Of a stretch of DNA of 64,000 nt, positions 60,413 through 64,000 are shown piece by piece. The first letter of the stretch is position 1. The number at the start of each line of letters is the position of its first letter. This DNA is from a virus (lineage: Duplodnaviria; Caudoviricetes). Both the position numbers and the translations under genes were made by a program. The stretch is from the IMG/VR virus record IMGVR_UViG_3300017700_000931, positions 1 to 64,000 of that record; one strand, written 5' to 3'. Below the pieces are notes generated by a model. That model was not told the DNA's origin. It was given only the letters and a program-made list of their open reading frames with translations, and searched no databases.

Positions 60413-62491
60413 TTATTTGATTGTTTTCTTAATGATTTTAACACCCTCATCAAATAATTGGCCTTGGTGAATAAGATTCAATAATGTATTTAAATTGATA
60501 TTACCAGAATTTTTACCAATAGTAACATTGTACCTACCATTTAAAGTACTATCAATATTCACATGATTAATTCTAAGTTGTTTTCCTTTATCAATTTCAT
60601 ATGTTTTATTAAGTTCTAATTTATGTTCACCCAATGCTTCCTTAGCTTCAATATATTGTCCTAATGCCTCATTGTCACCTCTAAATTCATAATCAATACT
60701 AACCAAATGCTCTAATATACCATTCAAATCATCTCCTTCAATATATTCGTTATCTAATAAAGCACTAACTTCCCAATGTGATATCTTATCAGGGTCTTTT
60801 TCATAAACAAAGCCAGCATATATTGCATCTGATTCACCACCACTTCTTAATCTAGATAATGTATCTGTTAGTACATTAGGATTAACATCATCAGCACTTA
60901 ATGCTTCATAAAATATTTCACTATAACCACCATCAGCCATATCTTCCGTACTAGTTTCTAAGACGAAATCCCAAAACTTATCAGATGCACCTTGGAAAAA
61001 ATCACGTAATTCATCAGCATTTTCAATATGGTCGAAAAAATATGTTGCTGGTATCGGTCTATCGTTTTCATCCATCAATGAATCAGTCTCAAAATGTAAT
61101 TGATACTTTTTACTACCATCAGCATTAGTATCTTTGTTAACAATTACGTATAATGGACCATCTTTACTATATCTTTCAAAATAATTGTCTGATTCTTCAG
61201 CGGCAGTACACCATTGAGTTCCTTTACCTATTAAGCAAGAAGCCCTTTCGGTTTTAGGTATCATTACCAACCAGTTTTCGTTTTCAAAAACCTTATCAAT
61301 TTCTTCTTTTTTTATCTTTCTAAGTTCGTCTGATTTACTGGTTGCTTGTGTTGGTTCGCCCTCAGCAAATGGCTTAACTACTAGATATAAATCACCAAGT
61401 GTTTTAAATTTATTTATATCTCTATTTTCTTTAGGAATCTTATTAATGAATTTACCAAATAGATTTAAGTACTCTTTCGCTTTATAAAAATCTTCTTCTT
61501 TTAAATTACCAGTTTTAAGTAAATTATATAACCAAGTGAAATATCCTTTATTAAAATTATCACCTTTTTTTGGATACAGGTCATTCAATTTATTGAATAA
61601 TTCGACATCACCTTTTAGTGCTGGAAATTTTTCTTTATTAGAATAGAATTGAGTCCATGCATCACCAACATTTATTTCGGTAACTAAAGCTTCCCTTAGT
61701 AGTTTTTTAATGACAGTATTTTTAAAATGATGCGCTAATTCTAATTCAGGTTTATTTGGTTCAGATTTTTTTACTGGTTCCATTTGTTTTTGATTTGATT
61801 CTGGTTCTTCAGTTGATTTTATTTCTGATTTTTTAACTAATTTTTTGTCAACAATTTCATAATTAGTATCATCAATCATACCGACATTATTATAATCAAA
61901 TCCATCTAATATTGCTATTTTTTGTTTTGGGAAACTACCCTTAACGATTGCAAAACATGCTTGACCAACTACTTCAGTAAAGATAGCCGGAATAGCTTCT
62001 TTTGGTGCTAATTTAGCATGCCTATTATATGAGGCGATTTCACCTTTAGCTGAAAAATCATGATTACCTAATATGTGCACAATATAATCATGAACTGTTC
62101 TAAAAACAATATTATCAGCAACGCTAAAAATTGGGTGATTAGAATGGTCAATACTAACCTTTAGGGTACCAGTTGCTTCAAAATCAGATTTCATCTCCTG
62201 TTGAGATTGATATTCTTCTCCATCTGCTTGATAAATAATTTTATAATCCTTACCTAAGATGTTGATAGTACCAACTTTACTTTTATCAGTAGAATAAAAC
62301 ACCACATTAACCTTAGATAACAATCTTTTAAATAAAGTATAATTAGATTGGTTTAAAGTATTCCAATGTTTAACTACCGATGAATCATAATCCGGTGCTT
62401 CCATATATGCTTGTGTGACTAGTTCACTGTATAGTGTCCAATCCTTTAGCATCAATTTTTCATTTAGTCTATTTTTGAGAAAAGTGTTCAT
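60413..62491 (-). CDS. large hypothetical multidomain protein
   Basis: 692 aa; FLKNRLNE and IKKLLRE segments; WCTA...GPLYVI. Confidence 0.8.
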   Translation of the reverse strand: MNTFLKNRLNEKLMLKDWTLYSELVTQAYMEAPDYDSSVVKHWNTLNQSNYTLFKRLLSKVNVVFYSTDKSKVGTINILGKDYKIIYQADGEEYQSQQEMKSDFEATGTLKVSIDHSNHPIFSVADNIVFRTVHDYIVHILGNHDFSAKGEIASYNRHAKLAPKEAIPAIFTEVVGQACFAIVKGSFPKQKIAILDGFDYNNVGMIDDTNYEIVDKKLVKKSEIKSTEEPESNQKQMEPVKKSEPNKPELELAHHFKNTVIKKLLREALVTEINVGDAWTQFYSNKEKFPALKGDVELFNKLNDLYPKKGDNFNKGYFTWLYNLLKTGNLKEEDFYKAKEYLNLFGKFINKIPKENRDINKFKTLGDLYLVVKPFAEGEPTQATSKSDELRKIKKEEIDKVFENENWLVMIPKTERASCLIGKGTQWCTAAEESDNYFERYSKDGPLYVIVNKDTNADGSKKYQLHFETDSLMDENDRPIPATYFFDHIENADELRDFFQGASDKFWDFVLETSTEDMADGGYSEIFYEALSADDVNPNVLTDTLSRLRSGGESDAIYAGFVYEKDPDKISHWEVSALLDNEYIEGDDLNGILEHLVSIDYEFRGDNEALGQYIEAKEALGEHKLELNKTYEIDKGKQLRINHVNIDSTLNGRYNVTIGKNSGNINLNTLLNLIHQGQLFDEGVKIIKKTIK

Positions 62492-62559
62492 GATTATAAA
62501 TATTCCCCAATAAACTAAAAAAACCCACCAATTAATTGGTGGGTTTTAAGTTCTAATGA

Positions 62560-63690
62560 TTATCTTTCAAAGGATATTTTCTCCCAAGGTTTTTCTCTTA
62601 ATTCTCTTTGTTTTTCTTTAATGATGCTGATAGCATTCTGTAGACGTTGGTCACCTTTGCCCATCACAATCTTAAAATTAGCGTTATTAGCTTCTAATTG
62701 AGCCTTAATACGTAGAAAATGAAGAAGTCTATCTTTCTGTTCTGAGAAATCTCTTGTTCCATCATCTTTCCAAGCGATATCTGGGTAAGTTAATAAATAA
62801 AGGTCAATTTTACCAACATTTTGGTAAAATCCATTACCAAAAATTTGTAGTTTGATTAATCCATCGATTTTATCGGAATAATAGGTAACATCATCAGATT
62901 TATCAGAATTGTACCAATCATTCATATCGGTATACATTGATAAAAATGTTTTAGTAACAATTGCCTCAGTATCTACAAATATATATCGGCAATCCTTACG
63001 GTCCCTTTCACATATTCGCTCCGCTCTTAACATTGATTGATAATGTTCGCCAGCAATATGATAAAAATCTTCCGGTTTTAGGTCCTTGGTTTTAACTTTA
63101 TTTTCTGTATACCAACGTCCATATTCATCAACAACCATACCATCATATATTTCACCTAATTGGGTGGTCAGTGTTGATTTACCAGTAGATTCAGGACCAA
63201 TGATTGCAATTTTCATCCTGAAATAAGATTTTACTTCATCTGGAATATAGGCCCAATTATCAAAAGGATTTCTTCTAATGTCTGTCCCGGATATTGGAAA
63301 GGCTACTCGGTTCTTATCCACTAATACTGGCTCAACATTAAGACATTTAGCGAAAGCAAATACATAATCTTCCGAGGCGAATACTGCATCCAATTCTGGA
63401 ATATATGAATAAACTGAATCGTGCCAAATTTGCCAAAAATTTTCATTATCCTCTGGATATTGTGGGTTCTCATCTGGGCAATGGATAACGTTGATATTTT
63501 TTTCATTAATAAAAATATCCTTGGCCATCTTAAACCGGATTTCACCATCAATTGGCTCACAAAGACGTGAGCAAACCATAACATGAACTACTTCACATTG
63601 TTTAGCAGCCTCTCTTATCATATGGACATGCCCATTATGTATGGGCATAAATTTACCTAAGCAAAGTCCGTTTTTAAATCTTTTTTCCAT
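62560..63690 (-). CDS. nadR: NadR-like NMN adenylyltransferase/ribosylnicotinamide kinase
   Basis: GKFMPIHNGH, ISGTDIR, GPESTGKST, DTEAIVT, WKDDGTR. Confidence 0.92.
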   Translation of the reverse strand: MEKRFKNGLCLGKFMPIHNGHVHMIREAAKQCEVVHVMVCSRLCEPIDGEIRFKMAKDIFINEKNINVIHCPDENPQYPEDNENFWQIWHDSVYSYIPELDAVFASEDYVFAFAKCLNVEPVLVDKNRVAFPISGTDIRRNPFDNWAYIPDEVKSYFRMKIAIIGPESTGKSTLTTQLGEIYDGMVVDEYGRWYTENKVKTKDLKPEDFYHIAGEHYQSMLRAERICERDRKDCRYIFVDTEAIVTKTFLSMYTDMNDWYNSDKSDDVTYYSDKIDGLIKLQIFGNGFYQNVGKIDLYLLTYPDIAWKDDGTRDFSEQKDRLLHFLRIKAQLEANNANFKIVMGKGDQRLQNAISIIKEKQRELREKPWEKISFER

Positions 63691-64000
63691 AAAAAATATG
63701 CTTTAATCGACATTAAAAATAATACCACTTCTAGTATGGCAATAATATATAACCCTTGGTATAGCATCATACCACAAACTAATGTATTAACCACCATCCA
63801 TAATATCCACCCCTCTAGGTATTTATTACCCATATAATGGGTTGCCAATATAGCTATACCACTACTCATAGCATCTATATAGGGGGAGGGAGAATCAGTA
63901 TAGGTATCCATTATCCTACCCATAGGGATAGAAATAAGGGTGAAAATGATGATATGTGTTAAAAAATTAACATTTTGTGTTATTTTAAGCTCTAAATACT
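63657..64000 (-). CDS. pnuC: PnuC nicotinamide riboside transporter (5' truncated by window)
   Basis: PYIDA...YLEGWILWMVVN; frame stays open to window end. Confidence 0.85.
   Translation of the reverse strand, partial: YLELKITQNVNFLTHIIIFTLISIPMGRIMDTYTDSPSPYIDAMSSGIAILATHYMGNKYLEGWILWMVVNTLVCGMMLYQGLYIIAILEVVLFLMSIKAYFLWKKDLKTDFA

Noticed and set aside
1-64000. Alternative genetic code or suppressor tRNAs
   Set aside because: Known enzymes are full length in the standard code; no tRNA with CUA, UUA or UCA in a normal 7-nt loop was found.

Overview
AT-rich window, almost entirely minus-strand, that reads as part of a large (jumbo-type) lytic phage genome. The host is most likely Bacteroidota: repeated TAnnTTTG/-33 TTG promoters, A-rich starts without Shine-Dalgarno, and GUUCUUUGACAU boxA-like sites. 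No structural genes are present. Content: accessory metabolism (DHFR, GlnRS, CysC, NadR/PnuC, ABC-OmpA module), nucleic-acid repair (DNA ligase, two RNA ligases, kinase-2H phosphoesterase, CCA enzyme) and about 60 tRNA genes. Main discovery: 56 of these tRNAs lie in four operons that split the 20 amino acids into non-overlapping sets (P/Q/Y/T/G/K; F/E/D/A; C/V/L; H/W/S/N/I/M/R). One initiator-like tRNA(CAU) in operon 3 is an exception. Each operon is headed by a host-type promoter, an unannotated 29-31 aa leader ORF, an antiterminator helix and an intrinsic terminator. Each leader carries a codon block drawn from the amino acids of the tRNAs downstream. This looks like a codon-matched, ribosome-stalling attenuation system that senses host tRNA depletion and switches on the matching phage tRNA set. 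Also present: a divergent RNase P RNA, a small SRP RNA, a circularly permuted tRNA-Tyr-like element, tRNA variants with unusual arms and several unexplained structured RNAs. All folds and tRNA boundaries were read by eye (about +/-2 nt); no covariance or homology search was run.
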